Below, piece by piece: positions 40,269 to 53,616 of a stretch of 64,000 bases of DNA. The notes beneath the pieces are model-generated. The model was not told where the DNA came from, made no database searches, and saw nothing but the letters and a program-made list of their open reading frames with translations. Both the position numbers and the translations under genes were made by a program. The DNA comes from Lama glama (lineage: Eukaryota), in NCBI GenBank assembly GCA_028534125.1, contig CM052816.1:31312001-31376000 (forward strand), given 5' to 3'. Each line of letters begins with the position of its first letter. Position 1 is the first letter of the stretch.

Positions 40269-41226
40269 TGAAAAGGAAAAAAATATCGTTTTCCCTCTCT
40301 CCGCACACATCACTCTTAAGACTTCACTTCTGGTCACCAAGTGTGTGGCTTTTTTTTTCTCACAGTGACCAATTCTCCAGCAACAGATGATGTCTTACAA
40401 TTTGAACTCATTGCCGATACTATCGACCTAGTGTTAGCATCAGACCCCACAGGTTAAGGGGATCAGTTCCCCTAAGACTGGCCCCTCACTTCAGACACCA
40501 AGTCTGGATTGTCACCTGTGCTTCTGACTGGCTATAAATCAGAAGTTCCCCAGGCCCCTGCTCCAGTTTGATAATTTGCTGGAATGGCTCACAGAACTTG
40601 GAAAAACAGTTTATATACTAGGTTCCTGATTTATTATGAAAGGATAAACTCAGAAACAGCCAGATGGAAGAGATGCATAGGCAAGGTGTATGGGAAGGGG
40701 CACAGAGCTTCCATGCCCTCTCCAGGCATATCACCCTCCCAAGCACCTCCACATGTTCACCAAACCAGCAGCTCTTTGACCTCCAGGCTTCGTAGGTTAG
40801 GGATTTCTATGGACGCTTCATTATGTGGGCATGGTTGATTAAATTATTGGCCACTGGTGATAACTCAAACTCCAGCCCTTCTCCACTCTCTGAAGGGTAG
40901 AGGGTGGGGCTGAAAGTGCAAATACTCTAATCACCTGGTTGGTTTCCTTGGCAACAAGCCCCTATCACACAGTCATCTAGGGGCTTTCCAAAATTCCTCT
41001 CATTAACATAAATTCAAGTGTTGTTAAAAGGATTTCTTTATGAATAACAAAAGACACTCTTTTCATCTTTATTGCTCTGGAGCTATTTCAGGAATCAGGA
41101 CAAAAAAAAAAAAAAAAGAGATGCTCTCATTCCTCTTACTGCCTAGGAAATTGCAAGGATTTTAGGAGCAGCGTGAAGGGGAGGAAGACCAAATTTGTAT
41201 TTCTTATTATAAATCATAATATCACA
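40269..41226 (-). mobile_element. MER21-family solo LTR
   Basis: TG...CA termini; exact 5-bp TSD gccat (40264-40268, 41227-41231); gcatcagaccccacaggttaagggg; ttcttattataaatcataatatcaca. Confidence 0.9.
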
Positions 41227-41432
41227 GCCATCATCTAACAATGCTGATGATAGTATTAGGATGATTATGGTTAATGTATGCAGAGTTCCTACTAAGTGAA
41301 GACACTTAAATTATCTCAGCTTTAAACAACTTCATGAGTTAGAGACTATTATTATTTCCCACTTTATAGATAAGGACTTTGGTGCTCAGAGGGGTTATGG
41401 AATCTTCCCAAAATAAGTGACAGAGCTGAAAT

Positions 41433-41655
41433 ATGGTAGCCAGACTCTAAGAAGGCTCTTGGTGACCTTTACCTCCTGATATTCCCATCCATGCGTAATC
41501 TACTCCCGTACTGAAATCAGAGCTAATTTGTGTATCCAATAAAATACAGCACAAGATAAATCCACGAGCTCTACAAAAGATAATAAATGATTATGGCTAT
41601 ATTAAGCTACTAAATTGGAGGTAATTTATTATTTAGGAAGAGATCATTAATACAG
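41433..41655 (+). mobile_element. Internally deleted MLT1 LTR inside a MIR (MIR ~41255-41430, minus)
   Basis: tggtagccagactctaagaaggct...attaagctactaaattggaggtaatttatt...attaataca. Confidence 0.65.
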
Positions 41656-42144
41656 TTGAGATTAGAATTCAGATTTGTCTAACTTGAGACCTAGATCTCT
41701 TCATCATTTTTCCCCTCACAACATCTCATAAAAATGGCTTATCTTACTGAGTGTGACCTAAACAGTGGCCCCAGGAGTCAGGTATGGAATCCAGGAGAGT
41801 ATTTGAGTTATAGGACATAATGCAAGATTCCAAAATTACTCAGTATGCCCAGACAGATAGCAACTCCAGGTAAAAGGTGTTTCCTAATTTCTCACTGAGA
41901 CTAATTTTTTAAACCTTTCAAGGGGCCATCTTGAATATGTAAACTTTTACTTAAGTAGATGAAATTTTGAAACGATTACTTACACAATTTCACTTATTAA
42001 ATTTGATGTTCCCATATTTTAAATTACACATTATAGAAAATAATGTACTAATTTATAAATGTTACTTTCACCATTCTAACAGAGCAATAAGCCATTTTAC
42101 TCATATTCTTCACATGCATTTTTTTCTTCCTTGCTACACATATC

Positions 42145-42282
42145 CATGGAACAACTGCACTGGCATCTGGGAGCTTGTTAGAAATGCAGACTCTCCAGCT
42201 CTCCTCCAGACCTACTGAGTCAAAATACATAACGAGATGCCCAGGTGACTGGTATACACATTAAAGGTTGAGAGGAACTGGT
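42145..42282. mobile_element. MER5A MITE
   Basis: ggcatctgggagcttgttagaaatgcagactctc...ccaggtgactggtatacacattaaaggttgagaggaactg. Confidence 0.85.
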
Positions 42283-42384
42283 CTACACAAGTGTCATGTA
42301 ATCCCCAGTCACCTGTTTTTCAGAGCACACAATCTTCACTTTCTGTCAACTGCGTGCAGTACAGCGTGCTCTGAACCTCTGTAT

Positions 42385-43305
42385 GATGCTAAGTCAGACG
42401 CTGCTCACTGTTCTCCCAGTAGCCATTATTTTTCACCTTAACTAGGGAACTCCAATTTTGTTTGTGTGGAACAATATACCTGTCTGCAGCCTCAAGCGAG
42501 TAGGCCGTGGGACCCAGGTCAAAGGTCACAACAACTCGCCTGTGTAAGAGCTAAGCAGTAGATGTACGCATGCGCCAGTTATGTAAGCCTCACGAAAAAA
42601 AGGAGGTAGATGTACGCATGCGTTAGTGCGTTAGGTACGCCTCATGAACAGTGCGCATGTGCGGGCAGAATGGCTAAAACAGGACGAGTGCGCCACGCCG
42701 CGTGCGCCATCTTGTTGAACTAGAATAAAGTGTCGTATTACTCCATGTCGGCTCCTCGCCTACTCCCGCGGTCTCTTGCGCAGCTTGGCGGCCCCTCGCA
42801 CATTTTTCCGGTTGGGCAGCTCACCTCCTGGAATCCCTCTTCAACCCCCTTCTGCTGACAGTACCCAATCAAAAATAGCCCACCTTCCCAGGTTCCCTTG
42901 CAGCTCGACTTGACCACAGAACACAGTTCATCTGGCCAACGAGACGTAAGCAAAAATTGCTGGATGGGCTACAGGAAAAGTTACTCATAAAAGGAGTACT
43001 TAGCTTGCGTGCATTTTTTTGACTTGCCTTCTGAGCCTAATCCTTTCTTTAATTTCTGCCCGGAATGTAAACAGGAAGCTGGAAGGTGGAGCTGTCATCT
43101 TGTAATCAGAAGGACTAAAATCACACGATGAGAACCGTGAAGGGAAAGTGAAAAGGAGCTTTGTTCCTAGTGGGACTGCAGTATGGCTCTACCAGACTTG
43201 GACTGCTCGTAGCCAAACTTCTTGCCATGTGAAAAGAAGTCAGCGTCTTTTTGTTTAAGCCATTGTAGTCAGGCTTCAGTGACATGTAGCTGAACGCAAC
43301 CCTGA
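42385..43305 (+). mobile_element. MLT1J-like MaLR LTR split by a younger LTR
   Basis: cttcccaggttcccttgcagct...tctggccaacgagacgtaagc...ttgtttaagccattgtagtcagg. Confidence 0.7.
42481..42860 (+). mobile_element. Young CpG-rich solo LTR (5-bp TSD, class III/ERVL-ERVS-like)
   Basis: TGT...ACA termini; TSD atacc/gtacc; AATAAA 42724-42729; ~27 CpG in 380 bp. Confidence 0.8.
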
Positions 43306-44049
43306 AGCAAACTGCAAGCGCATGGTCACTTAATGGCAGGACCGTACTGGGGTGTTGTTTTTCATTCCGTCTGTAGGTATGTATTTCTCTGGTTGCCCAA
43401 GTTTAACCGCTTACTGTACTGCTTTTAAAAGGAATTTTAAAAAGGCTTATTTACAAGAGCATTCAGTCACCACTTGTGTGGTAATACATGCAGGAATAGT
43501 AACTAAGTGTATGTTAATTTATATTCCTCCTTTGTTTTTTAACTAAGGATACCTGTTTGTCCAACAGGTGACCTCTATAAGCAGTCATAATTAGTATTGA
43601 TAGCATGCTTGCCCAAATAGTACTTTGTTTTCCAAAATGAAATAATTGAGATAGGGCCTTATAATAGAAAGACTTGGTAAAATTTCAAATGTGAGGCAAC
43701 TTCCCTTTCTGATCAACCTTAATTTCTATTTAAGCACTTGTAGGCATCAGTGTAAATTTGCGTATCCAGCATTCTGAATCTAGGTACAGAGTCAATAGTA
43801 AGGCGGCTGGCTGGAGAGGCAGGGTGATTTATTTGGGGCTAGGAATTTAAAGGTAGAGTAAGGAATAAAAAGACACTCTTACTGTTTGGTATAAGAGTCC
43901 TGATGCAGAGAAGCAACTGAATTCATTTTAGGGGCACAAGGGCCCCAGATAGTGTGCTTTGGGGAATGACAGAGAGGAGGTTGTATCCACTTTGTGATAT
44001 AAAGTGAACCGGACAGAAAACTACTAGGAAAAAGGGAGTTTCCTCCCAA

Positions 44050-44533
44050 AATCTTTGCGCTTTGGGCTTCCGGAGTAATGCGGGAAGGGACTGTAGTTAT
44101 TTATTTGGGTGTTTAGAGACTGGTTGACCCTCGGGCACTGGACGACTTGAGAAGGACTGGAATTGCAATCTGTATAATCACCTGGCACATGTGTCTGGCT
44201 TATGGTAGAGGTCCTCCACAGGCTTGTCAAATGTGATTACGTTCATTGGACCTATATCCAAAGTAAGCGTAATACAAAAGCATATCCAGAATATTAATCA
44301 AAACAACAGTTTTGTCAAGCCACATTGTTCCATATACAACTCCAGGACTGGAATTAAAGACGTGGAATGAACGGACACCCGAGGAGCATCGGCATTGTGC
44401 CAGGCGTCATGTAGGTACTTGCAGGTGCACTTTCAACTGCGTGCAACTGTTTCCTCTCCATAGAGGTGTACTTTGCTCGTTTGACCAAAACAGGAGCCCC
44501 CCTGCTGCTCCTGCTCAGGCCTCCCTGCTGATC
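44050..44533 (+). promoter_or_regulatory. Putative promoter/5' leader of the vinculin-like fossil gene
   Basis: ETS cttccgg (44067), E2F gcgggaa (44080), ACTACA/ZNF143-type gggactgtagtt (44087); residual CpG enrichment up to the exon 1 donor. Confidence 0.4.
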
Positions 44534-44632
44534 ATGCCCGGGATGCTCCACCGCTGCGTAGAAGCCAGAGGAGCCGACCAGCTGGCTCGGAGCATCTGTT
44601 CTGTCTCCCTCTCGCCCCCACAAGGCTTCTGG
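44534..44632 (+). pseudogene. Vinculin-like fossil, exon 1: MPGMLHRCVEARGADQLARSICSVSLSPPQGFW
   Basis: ATG with A at -3; donor TGG|gtaaga; resembles vinculin [25 protein letters not shown]. Confidence 0.6.
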
Positions 44633-46119
44633 GTAAGAATGAATTTTTTTCTTATCTGTAGAGTGCTTTGCATTCCTACTCTAGAGCTAAAAACAATTTA
44701 TGCCCTTCATTAAGTCCGTATCTTTCCACTGAGAGAGCTACAGCTTATTAACTTCACCCGATTTTACATCTCATTTAAGGGAGCGAGTGGGTCATGCAAC
44801 AGAGAGACCAAGATAAAGAGGGATCCCAAATTATAGTTAGGTGTTGTAGTTTAAGAAAAAAAATTTTTTAATGTACCAGATCAGTATTTCTCAAATTTGA
44901 GAGCTATATTAAACTTTTCAAAAGAAAAACCTTCTCATAAAGTCACAAGAATATGCTGGCCCACTTCATGGGAGAAACAATAAGAAACAAGAGTCTTTCT
45001 AGAAAAAGAATTTTTCAGATATGAATTATCACTGCAAATGAATGATCTCTTCATAGCAAGATAATTTTTATGCTACCTTCAAAATGACAACTCAACATTT
45101 AAAACTCCTCACAAAACTTCCAAGCCTCTAGGAAACAGCAAGTCCCTCTCACACCTACCTGATTTGAAAAAACTTACACCAGCCATGAGTTTATTTCTAT
45201 ACAAAACCATTCTCAATCACATATGAGGTCTTTGGAGGTACGGCATTATTTCCTTCTTTGTGGTTTAAGGAGAAATATATGGCAGCATATATTTATATGA
45301 AAACCTACATATAATGCTTTCAGTTTGTTCCTGTAGAATACAGAGTTAATCTGCATTCCATTTGTCTGGGTTTGCTGGGTGTGTGAATGACTGATGTCAT
45401 AGGCATAGGCGAAGTCTTCAACTTTGTTATGCACAAGCTTTTAAGCCCCACTTGCATCCTCAAAGTGTCAGACACCCTCTGGGATTGGTTCTCGGACCTA
45501 GAAATATCCATTCCAACCAGTTAGCGGTGCTGCCAGAACTCCAAGGCCTTGGAGCAGCTTTGTCCTCTGAGGCTTCTTGGCTGCCCAGAAATCTGAGTCA
45601 TACTTATATGATGACATCTGGTTTCTTGCCATATGGTGTCTCAGGGGGTCTGTGATCATTTTCTGCAAAAATTCCACAGAATCATGTTACAGGGCCCGGG
45701 TTCTAAGTGAGGCACTTGGCACTGACAAAAGAAACACACTACTGGGTGACTTTCTTAAGCATCGTATGGAAATTGGGAAAACCATGGGAAGGCTTGGATT
45801 AACCCAGTAAGCAAGGAGGGGATTGGCTGGGATGCCCAACGAAAATTATGTAGTTCAAAGGACTCACAATAGGACTATTCTCAAATACTGGACAGAAATT
45901 TCAGGATGATATTTACTAACAGTTCCTTTTGGTTCCTGTAAAAACTATTCCTTTGAACATACTGATCATTAAAAATCTCATAGAAAATGTCTTGTTATTT
46001 TTATTACTGGAAGGAACAATGTCCAGTCTGTGATGTTGTCTTTCAGCACTTAGATGACAAGTGACTCTTTTCCTGCTTCTATATATTTTCTGTAATTTCC
46101 AAATGAGCTGCAGTAATGC

Positions 46120-46340
46120 AAGATTAAGGATTTAGATTCAAATGATCAGTTCCACTAATTCCTATGTGGCCTTGGACAAGTTACTAATCTCACTCTACTT
46201 CCATTTTCCTCTGTAAAATGGGAATAATAATACCTGCCTTGATGAGGGTCTTGTGAGGACTGAATGAGACAAGACAAATAAAGAGCTTAACAGAGCCTGG
46301 AACGTAGTTACTACCTCCAAATTTTAGCTCTTGTTACTAT
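46120..46340 (+). mobile_element. MIR SINE
   Basis: tgtggccttggacaagttact...ctgtaaaatgggaataataatacctgcc...gtgaggactgaatgag. Confidence 0.9.
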
Positions 46341-47304
46341 AACTACTATACTTCATTGATTCTAATATTCTTTTTCTCTCTCTCTCTCCAATTTGTAATT
46401 TTTTTCTAATTGGGGTGTACTTTACATTAGGTGGTGTGACATGGTTTAAAGAACAGTTCTTTTTTCTGTTTTGGTGATACATGAAACAGAAATGCATCTT
46501 AAGTATTACTTTTTGTCAGCTGAGTAGTTATTTCTGACCCTCATATTTCCTGTTAGGGATGTAAGGTGATTTAGCCCTGTTGCTTTTGGCCTCTCTCCAT
46601 CCTCTCCCTTCCTGCCTCCCCAGCTGAAGGCTATGGTGGAAGCTGGGTTGCAGGGACCCACCCCTTCCTTGCCTGGTCCTCTTGGGTCTGCAGTATGGAG
46701 GGGTGAGTTGAATCCAGGAGAGTGCTAGGCTTTGGGGCATTTGCAGCAAACCTGGAGAAATAGATAAGGAGTCAAATTAATTGGGGTAGCAAAATGGCAG
46801 TCTTAGACGGAAGCTTTAGGTGGGACTATGTCACCCAGATTTTTGACCGTGGAGGTTTGAGGCAGTCTGCACAGCTGGACAATTAGCTTTTAACTGCTGC
46901 AGCCTGGGCCAGAGTCTCTTTCCCTTGGGCCACGTGGTATCTTGAACTTGTTAGTTATTGCTGCTTATGAGGATTTATTCACAGTTCCATGGCTGTCTTT
47001 TCAGGAGGAGGACCCAGCAAATGTCGAGGGTCCATGTTTGGCCTCAGCAGACAGCCACAAGGGGGCCGCGAGCCAGCCGACCTTGACCTTGCTGTCCTCA
47101 GCAGAGGTGCTGTGGTGTGCAGACTGCATGCAGCTCATCCTGGGATCACACAGCACGCGTGCTCCAGCCTCCTGGGCTTCTTGGAATACCAGTGGGTTCC
47201 AGAGGGATTATTATGGAGGAGCTGAGGCAATCATCCACTTACAGGGAAGAGAGATTTGAGGGGGGGGCATACTTTTATTTCTTTTTCAGGTGGACTTGAA
47301 ATTT

Positions 47305-47584
47305 TTATTTTATTTTTATTTTTAAAATTTTTTATTGATGTGTAGTTGATTTACAATGTTAGTTTCAGGTGTACAGCAAAGTAATTCTGTTACACATATA
47401 TATATACATATATTTTTTTTTCTTTTCAGGTTCTTTTCCATTATATGTTATTACAAGAAATTGAATATAGTTCCCTGTGCTATACAGGTCCTTGTTGTTT
47501 ATCTATTTAATATATAGTAGTGTATATCTGTTAATCCCAAACTCCTAATCTATCCCTGCCTGCCACCTTTCCTCCCTGCTAACC

Positions 47585-47586
<2 letters not shown>
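47305..47586 (-). mobile_element. L1 3' end
   Basis: tagttgatttacaatgttagtttcaggtgtacagcaaag...ttgaatatagttccctgtgctataca. Confidence 0.9.

Positions 47587-47630
<44 letters not shown>
47587..47630. repeat. (TG)22 microsatellite
   Basis: Direct reading. Confidence 0.97.
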
Positions 47631-47632
<2 letters not shown>

Positions 47633-49722
47633 GCAGAGGGTTTCAATTATGCGTGCCAGATTTTGGTAGGGAGCACTAGCTGAGCTGCCTCAATCCCATT
47701 CTGCCTCCAGACCAAGGAAGTGAGCTGTGAAGGAGCTAACCTGACCGTGGGTTCACAGAGCTTGTGCACAGCCTCAGGAATCACTTCCCACCATGTGATC
47801 TTAACGTGGCTCAGACTAGAAGGCAGCGTTTTTAGGCCTAGTGAACCCACTACAAGAGACAGTAGAAACAGCTTCCCTGGCCCAAGAGGGAAAGACCTGC
47901 TTGCACAAGAGTGTGAGTGCTATGTAATGAACCGAGGCCTACGTTCAGTTCAATATTGGGGTGCTCGTGAGGGAAAATTCATTCTCTGATTGAAAACTAG
48001 GTAACTGTCCCATCTAGACTAGCACACGCCCTTCTTGGTTATCTGATTCTGATTCTGTGGAACTATTTTACATCTCTATAAGTTGAAAATAACTGATGGC
48101 AATGGAAAATAATTGTCTACAGACACGGAAGTGATTCCTTCCATGGAGGGACAACACTTATCTGCCCCTCTTCTTTTGCAGAAGCCAGTGTTTTATCTAT
48201 TTGCATATCTGTTTCAACATTCCTTACTCCAGAAAAATCTGTGCTGCTTTGACTTCTCCTTTGAACCAGTTGTCTGACTCTTCCATTTAATCAATGAGTT
48301 AAAGAAAATCTTTACTGTATGTTCATTTTATTTCTGTATGTGAGATATGATTTTGCTTCTTTTGAAAATATCTTTCAACACTATGAACATGGGGTTCAAA
48401 GAGGAAATAGAAATTTAGGAAGTTTTAAATATACTGGGTGGGAAAGAAAGGCACCTCAAATAAGACTGAGGATGCCACTAGGCCAAATTTCTAGACTTTG
48501 CTCAAAGCAGCAATATCTTAAATGCCCTTCTCTGAGAAAAGACAGTATGCCTAGGTGGATTTCTCTCTTGAGTCTAGAAAATTTATAGTTCCAAAAACAA
48601 TTTCTTGATAAGAGATATTTCCCAATAGATTTGAAGTTCATGGGTCATAGTTCTCTGGACAGCTGACATAAACTCTGGCACAGTGGCACAGCTCAAAACA
48701 AGGAGCTACCCTTGTCTTGATGCCACTGAACCTCTGCCGTGGTCTTGCCAACTCTTTCTGGTTTAGACTAAGCACTGAGTTCTGGGAATATAATTTTGTT
48801 CTGGGCTACCTGCCCTTGGCACTGGGGATTGAGCCATTTTCCAAATTTGGTAGATGTGGGCCAGTGCTAAGATAACGTTTTATGTCCCACTAATTAACTC
48901 TGGACTTTTTTTTTCAAGGGTGATTTGTCAAAGATTTGGCATTAAGTAATACCACTTCTTACGAACTACGTGAATTCTGGGATAAGGGAGCCTAAGCTAT
49001 AGCTGCTGAAAGAATCACAGCTTTACCCAAGATGGAGAATCCCTCTATCAAACCTGAACAAGATAAGAAATTGGGAAGGATACATTTTGAACATCAGTGT
49101 CTTTGTGCTTTAACTCTGCAAGGCAAGGGAAATTGATCCTGGGCTTTTCATTTCTTTGGACCATAATGGCCTTAAATTAATTTTGTAAGGAGGGCTTGGT
49201 TTATTGACTTCAGTTGCTCTTTGAGAACTGTTAATGAAGGGGAGTTTATGTTCATATTTCTATCTTGACCATTTTTTGTTGGACTGTTTTATTGTTGTCG
49301 TTTGCTGTCATTGCCCGTAACAAACGATGTTGGATTGCTCCAGATTTGTGATGGGAAACAGAGTAGGTAGTCAACTTTTATAATTGGGGAGAAGTAGCTT
49401 TGGCCTTAATCTACCTAATGTATTGTTCTGATACATTTATGAGCCTCTGGAGGCAAAATCGAAACTCTCACCAGTGGTTCCAGGATGCTATTCATGGGGA
49501 AGACATTGGTGTTGGGAAGTACTCAGGACTATACTGACCAGACTGCTGACACTTTCCCCCAAGGGGGTGGCCAACACAAAGCTAGAGAGTATGTTTGGAA
49601 AACACTCCTAACGTTTCCTTCCATGTGAAGTATGTTCATTTGGTAACACTGTCTGCACTCCCTCCCTTATCAAACCCATGAGTTTGGAAGGAGTAAATGG
49701 GCATGGATAGCCTAGACTATTT

Positions 49723-49826
49723 TGGGGGGAAAGGTTAATTTTTTTTTAGTGGAGGTCCTGGGGATAGAGCTCAGGACCTCTTGCATGCTAAGCATGTGCT
49801 CTGCCACTGAGCTATACCCAGCCCCC
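49723..49826 (-). mobile_element. tRNA-derived SINE (Vic-1 type)
   Basis: Reverse A/B boxes; TSD agcctagact(a/c)ttt at 49709 and 49827. Confidence 0.9.
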
Positions 49827-52199
49827 AGCCTAGACTCTTTATTTGCCCTTCCTTCTGAGAATGAGCTGCCCCGGGAGAACATGTGTGTGCCTTTCTCCTC
49901 CACATGCAGAGGACGGCCCTACCAGTGCTGTGGCAGGAGGGGCTCGTTCCCATTCCAATACCAGCAAGCTTTCCTGTCCATAGACACAAACCCCTTCTTC
50001 AGCATGAATTTCATCAGTAATGAAATTAGTAATTGGACCTCACATCTGGTTGGGTTTTTTTGTTTTGTTTTGGGTTTTTTTTTTTTCGGTTCCCTAACAA
50101 CAGATCATTAATTGCAATGCTTTTGAGTAAGCACAGATTTACCTCATTGTAAACCTACTTTACCAGCGGTGTTATGGTTTAACTACTTCTGTGGATGAAT
50201 GGTGAGCTCAAACCCGGTCTGGCTGGTAGAGATCACAGATTTTTGAGTCCTGGCTTGTGTCTGTGCTCTTGTGTGAGGTAGTGCATTTCTAAACACATTT
50301 GTCAGCAGTGGCTTTAGGCATTTTTTTTAAAATGTCTTTTCTGTTTGGAAGCCCGTCCCTCCCAATAAAAAGGAAAAGGAAAAATCTCATTTTATTTATT
50401 TATTTATTTTAGAATTTATAGTAGAGAAATGACTTTATAAGCTTATTGTCCATTTTGACCTCTTCCCTGTGAATTGCCTCTTACTTCCCTCTACCCTTTT
50501 TGTTTGATGTGGCAGTTGATACATCTATTTCTATAGTAAAGATATATACCTTTTGTTGTAAACATTGAAAATATTTACACCTTTAAAAAATTTTTTTTAT
50601 TTCAAAGCTCAAGGAAAAGAAGGGTGTCATTTTTGGACTTTCTTTAAATCCCAAATATTGTACATTACCATTTTAAATGGTAAATCTATTTTATTTAAAA
50701 TTATCTTTTATTCAGAATAAATTAATCATATTACACATCAGTCTCATAACTAAAATTAACCCTCAAACTAGTGTGTATCCATACATACATACACACATAC
50801 ACTCACGTGCATACCATACACTCGTTTTCAATATTTGAATGAGAGCTAATTTACCTAAGGAGATATTTTAAAATTTTATTCAAGAAAGATAACAACTTCA
50901 TAGAAAAATAAACCTTGTCTCCCGAGATCAGGATTTAAGCAAAATTCACCCATGTTACAACAATTTTGTTAGAGTCTCAGTCTCCAAAGACATTATTCAC
51001 CAAATAACTTATCTTACAGTGAAATACAAAAAACTGAACATGTACATGCAACCACCTAAGAGCTTGTACAGGAAAATTCAGTTAGATTCAGAAGACTGTA
51101 ACCAGTTTTTCAGAACTTGTTACCTCTATTTTTGTTTCTTTCAGCTGTTTCCTCTACTTTTATCCTTCTGTATTTCCCCGCATTACTTAAGAGAATATAC
51201 ATTCTATACACATATACACACATATTTAGGCACACACATATACATATATACACGTATACATACATATACACCTGTACATATATATTTTTATTTTTACTTC
51301 ACAGTTAATACTGTGATCTTATTTTTATATCAGGTAGTTGTAGATAGAGTCCTTTCATCATCAGGAAAAGAGTTTATGTGCAAAATCTTCAAGTGTTGCC
51401 CATGTGAAAAACAATAGCATATGGGAGGTAGGATCCACTGAATAACCCACAGAAAACGCTCAGCTAGACTGGTCCCAGAAGGAGTCTGAGAGGTGTGTGT
51501 CTCAGGCCCCATCAGTCTGGGGCACCATGAAGGTAGCTCAGGATTTCACTGGCTCTGGCTGTAGGGTTTCTGGCTCTTCCCAAACCCCTGGGGTGTCTCA
51601 TGTGTTGCTCCCACACAGTGCTTTCAGCTCCCAGGGAATGGCTGTTGTTAGTACCCCGTTCTCTAGGCACTTCACAGGTCTGCAGATAGGGTGGCAGTGG
51701 AGAGGTATTTGGGGGAAGAGAGGATGTGGGCCAGAGAGCAGTAAGAACCAGTTTCTCAGAAATGCCCCTCTCTCTGTCAGTCACTTCTCTCCAGGTACTT
51801 CTCTTGTAAGCGCTCTCCTTTCCTCAGGTGAGTCTCCTTGTCCAGGAGCCCTGTAGTCCTCTCCATCGCCTTGTCATGCTCACCCAGCTCTGAGCCCTAG
51901 GCCAGGCCCAGCTGGGGTTCAAGCCAAGGCTCCCATTACATTTTCTAACTGGTTGAGTTGCAAATAGTTAAACATGTATTCATTGGAAAACAAACTTAAA
52001 AGTTTTAAATAGAAATGCACTAATGTTTCAGACAATAGATTCTGAACGTAAGTCAAACTTTCTTTAATGACTCAAGGTCGACATTATGAACATGATTGCT
52101 GGCACTGCTCTGTACTATAGCTATTTCCTGACTGTTGGGGTGTGTAACTGTTTACCCCCACTCCTAAACTGCTGTGCTTATGAGTACCCTGTGTCTTTT

Positions 52200-52299
52200 C
52201 GTTTGTTTGTTTGTTTTATTTAACGGAGGTACTGGGGATGGAACCCAAGACCTTGTGTGTACTGAGCATGCCCTCTACCACTGAGCTATTTCCCTCCCC
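52200..52299 (-). mobile_element. tRNA-derived SINE (Vic-1 type)
   Basis: ggaggtactggggatggaaccc...ctctaccactgagctatttccctcccc; imperfect TSD cctgt(g/c)tctttt. Confidence 0.88.
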
Positions 52300-52658
52300 A
52301 CATCCTGTCTCTTTTATTCATGGTTATTGTGCCTCCCTTGCTGTCAGTTGTCATGTCTTGTTGTAGTCCATATCTTTGTGAATTAGAAACTAGAAAAGAA
52401 ATCCAATTAACTAGATGTGAAATAAGAATAAATGGGCTCCGGGAAGAACTATTGAGTTTTCCCATAAATGTAATGCATAAGCTTGTTGAATTCAGGCAGT
52501 TTTCATTTTGGTGTCTTCATTTTGGCTGCTCTGCTGCCTTTGTGATTTCGCACGAGTCATGGCTGAACCTCCCATCTGTGACTATACATCCTGGTTTTTC
52601 CATGAAAGTCCTGAAGTCCTGGAGTAATATATTATTTGTGTCCTTTTTCATTTTCAAG

Positions 52659-52698
52659 TGTTCCAGATAGGGTCATAGATTCAGTGGTCACTCTACAG
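52659..52698 (+). pseudogene. Vinculin-like fossil, exon 2: [13 protein letters not shown]
   Basis: Acceptor tcctttttcattttcaag|, donor CAG|gtgagt; resembles vinculin IPDLTAPVAAVQ. Confidence 0.55.
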
Positions 52699-53616
52699 GT
52701 GAGTGATGGCATCAGCATGATTAAACACTGTACTAATTTCTTCTCCAAGTGATCTATATATCAGAAACTGAGATGGAAGAAGAAAAGCTAAGTACCTGCT
52801 GTTTACTTTGCTCTATATTAGATTCATTCACATTTACCAAACTTGTTTAATCATCAAGGTAGATATAATTCCCTTTCACATAAAAGGAGAATTAGCTCAC
52901 AAACTTCAGGGATGATAAAAGGAAAGAAAAGATAAGCTTTGTACCATAGATGGACTTGTGTCAGATTCCGTTTCCAGTCACAGTGTGTGTCGTTGGTATA
53001 TAGCCAGCTGGAGTACCTCTTCCTGGTAACTTTATAACATTATCTTCACTCTTGTTTAAGGGGCAGAGATAGTGTAGAGAAAAAAAAAATCAGGGCTTGC
53101 TTTAATTATGGAATATTCGGAAAGCCTTAGTTTGGAGGAAGTGCTGAATATTATGTCATAGTTTTAGGTAATTGTAAACCCTACCCGAATAATTACTGCT
53201 CTAGTTTCTAAGGTCTGCGGCTTTGAGGAACATTTTAAAGCTTGAGTCACAGGAGTGGAAAATCATGGGGGGAAATGTGACTTTAACCACTCTGGGTGTA
53301 TCTGTAAATGCAAGCTTTCATTTTAACAACTGAAGGTTTAGGGCACAAAATAATAGGATTCTGAGAAATACAGGAGAGTACCCAGTCCCTATAATCATTT
53401 TTTTTAATGTATTGATATATAAGGGCTTAAATAAGCCATTTTGGCTTTTGTATATTATTTTTTTCCCTGTGTTTCTTTTATTTCTGATTTCTTTTTCCTG
53501 TCTTTCTATAAGTTACTTGGACATTTTTTGAAATTCCATTTTGGTATTTTTGAATGTATCTTTCCATATAGTTTTTTTGTGGTTCTAGCTATTATACACA
53601 AATTATCATAGTCTAT

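Noticed and set aside
48918..48945. Possible extra small exon (ttttttttcaag|GGT GAT TTG TCA AAG ATT, GDLSKI) between fossil exons 1 and 2
   Set aside because: Too short to support, ends in TAA, weak donor.
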